Source: a virus | Length of the DNA stretch: 64,000 nucleotides | Virus record (IMG/VR): IMGVR_UViG_3300020477_000014 | Coordinates: 1 to 64,000 of that record | Reading direction: 5' to 3' (one strand) | Notes under the pieces: model-generated | What the model saw: only the letters and a program-made list of their open reading frames with translations | What the model was told of the DNA's origin: nothing | Database searches by the model: none | Made by a program: the position numbers and the translations under genes | Shown: piece by piece, positions 63,534-64,000 of the stretch | How positions within the stretch are numbered: position 1 is the first letter of the stretch | Layout: each line of letters starts with the position of its first letter

Positions 63534-64000
63534 ATGAGCATCAAAGATCTATTCAATAGTTCGGGAAAAAGTGTAATTTACAGCGATTATAAGACTCAAA
63601 AAGAAGCTTTTGAGCCCATTGAGTCTGTACGTAATGCTGAACAAATCGAAATTAAGGACAAAGCCTTTGTTCCCTCAGTTGATTATTCCAATCCTGTTGA
63701 GTTTGCGCGCTATGGATCCGCCGAGTTATACTATAAAGGTGCTCTAGAAAAGATTATTGGCTATTATCCTTATGATGGCTCTAAAGCTGAACAGAATAAA
63801 TTTTATAACGGTCTTCTGGAGATTGAAAAATATGTTTTTGATGATTTGTATCCTACTTCATTGGGATATGTCACGATATCTGAAAACGCATATGATTCAT
63901 CTGGAACGACTCTTACTGGTTATGGACAATTTACGGCACCTAACGAAGAATATATTACCTTTTATGGCGGGCCAGGAACAGGCTCGTTGGCAGAAGGATC
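63534..64000 (+). CDS. Putative structural protein, partial (runs off the window end; not in ORF track)
   Basis: Open frame MSIKDLFNSSGKSVIYSDYK...VDYSNPVEFARYGSAELYY...YPYDGS to base 64000. Confidence 0.65.
   Translation, partial: MSIKDLFNSSGKSVIYSDYKTQKEAFEPIESVRNAEQIEIKDKAFVPSVDYSNPVEFARYGSAELYYKGALEKIIGYYPYDGSKAEQNKFYNGLLEIEKYVFDDLYPTSLGYVTISENAYDSSGTTLTGYGQFTAPNEEYITFYGGPGTGSLAEG

Noticed and set aside
1-64000. Minus-strand ORFs and short overlapping plus-strand ORFs in the ORF track
   Set aside because: They lie within longer plus-strand genes with recognisable motifs, and I saw no motifs or SD sites for them; treated as shadows
1-64000. Origin as a bacterial chromosome or a eukaryotic giant virus
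   Set aside because: Baseplate wedge genes, phage sigma and many orphans argue against a chromosome; tmRNA, SD sites and TTGACA promoters argue against an NCLDV despite the eukaryote-like PMM and GSII
1-64000. Stop-codon reassignment as seen in some jumbo phages
   Set aside because: Long genes are intact in the standard code, and TAA, TGA and TAG all end genes

Overview
This 64-kb window is best read as part of a large contractile-tailed (myovirus-like, probably jumbo) dsDNA bacteriophage genome. All credible genes are on the + strand, tightly packed, in the standard genetic code, with Shine-Dalgarno sites, host sigma70-type promoters and a second recurring motif, (C/A)TANTTA(T/C), before many genes. 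Layout: (i) 1-2420, small hypothetical and SH3/KOW-like genes, ending at a palindrome-rich non-coding junction (2461-2568); (ii) 2610-17900, mostly acidic proteins, many with shared N- or C-terminal 'LKQIIKEEL' or 'LFENW..F..E' peptides, plus a HAD phosphatase, trypsin-like protease, NUDIX hydrolase, thioesterase, VOC protein, zincin and a ligase-like/HxGH nucleotidyltransferase fusion; (iii) 18002-31904, host-interaction and auxiliary genes: Fis-like HTH, tmRNA, catalytic-domain-only class II aaRS homolog, PiT-like transporter, Hsp20 with a ROSE-like leader, lipoproteins, eukaryote-type phosphomannomutase, PhoH, PD-(D/E)XK nuclease and glutamine synthetase II; (iv) 31913-49323, a ~17.4-kb glycan/nucleotide-sugar cluster with Gmd, a short DegT, CstII/Maf-like transferases, a CMP-sugar synthetase, a RuBisCO-like protein, an HpcH aldolase and a SIS-HAD fusion; (v) 49344-64000, a phage sigma factor followed by an M15 peptidase and baseplate/virion genes, running off the window end. 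Best candidates for undescribed biology: a RuBisCO-like-protein and aldolase-based CMP-keto-sugar-acid glycosylation pathway, and a set of putatively capsid-targeted cargo enzymes that may include RNA-repair functions alongside the tmRNA. All assignments come from motif recognition by eye; no database searches or folding programs were run.
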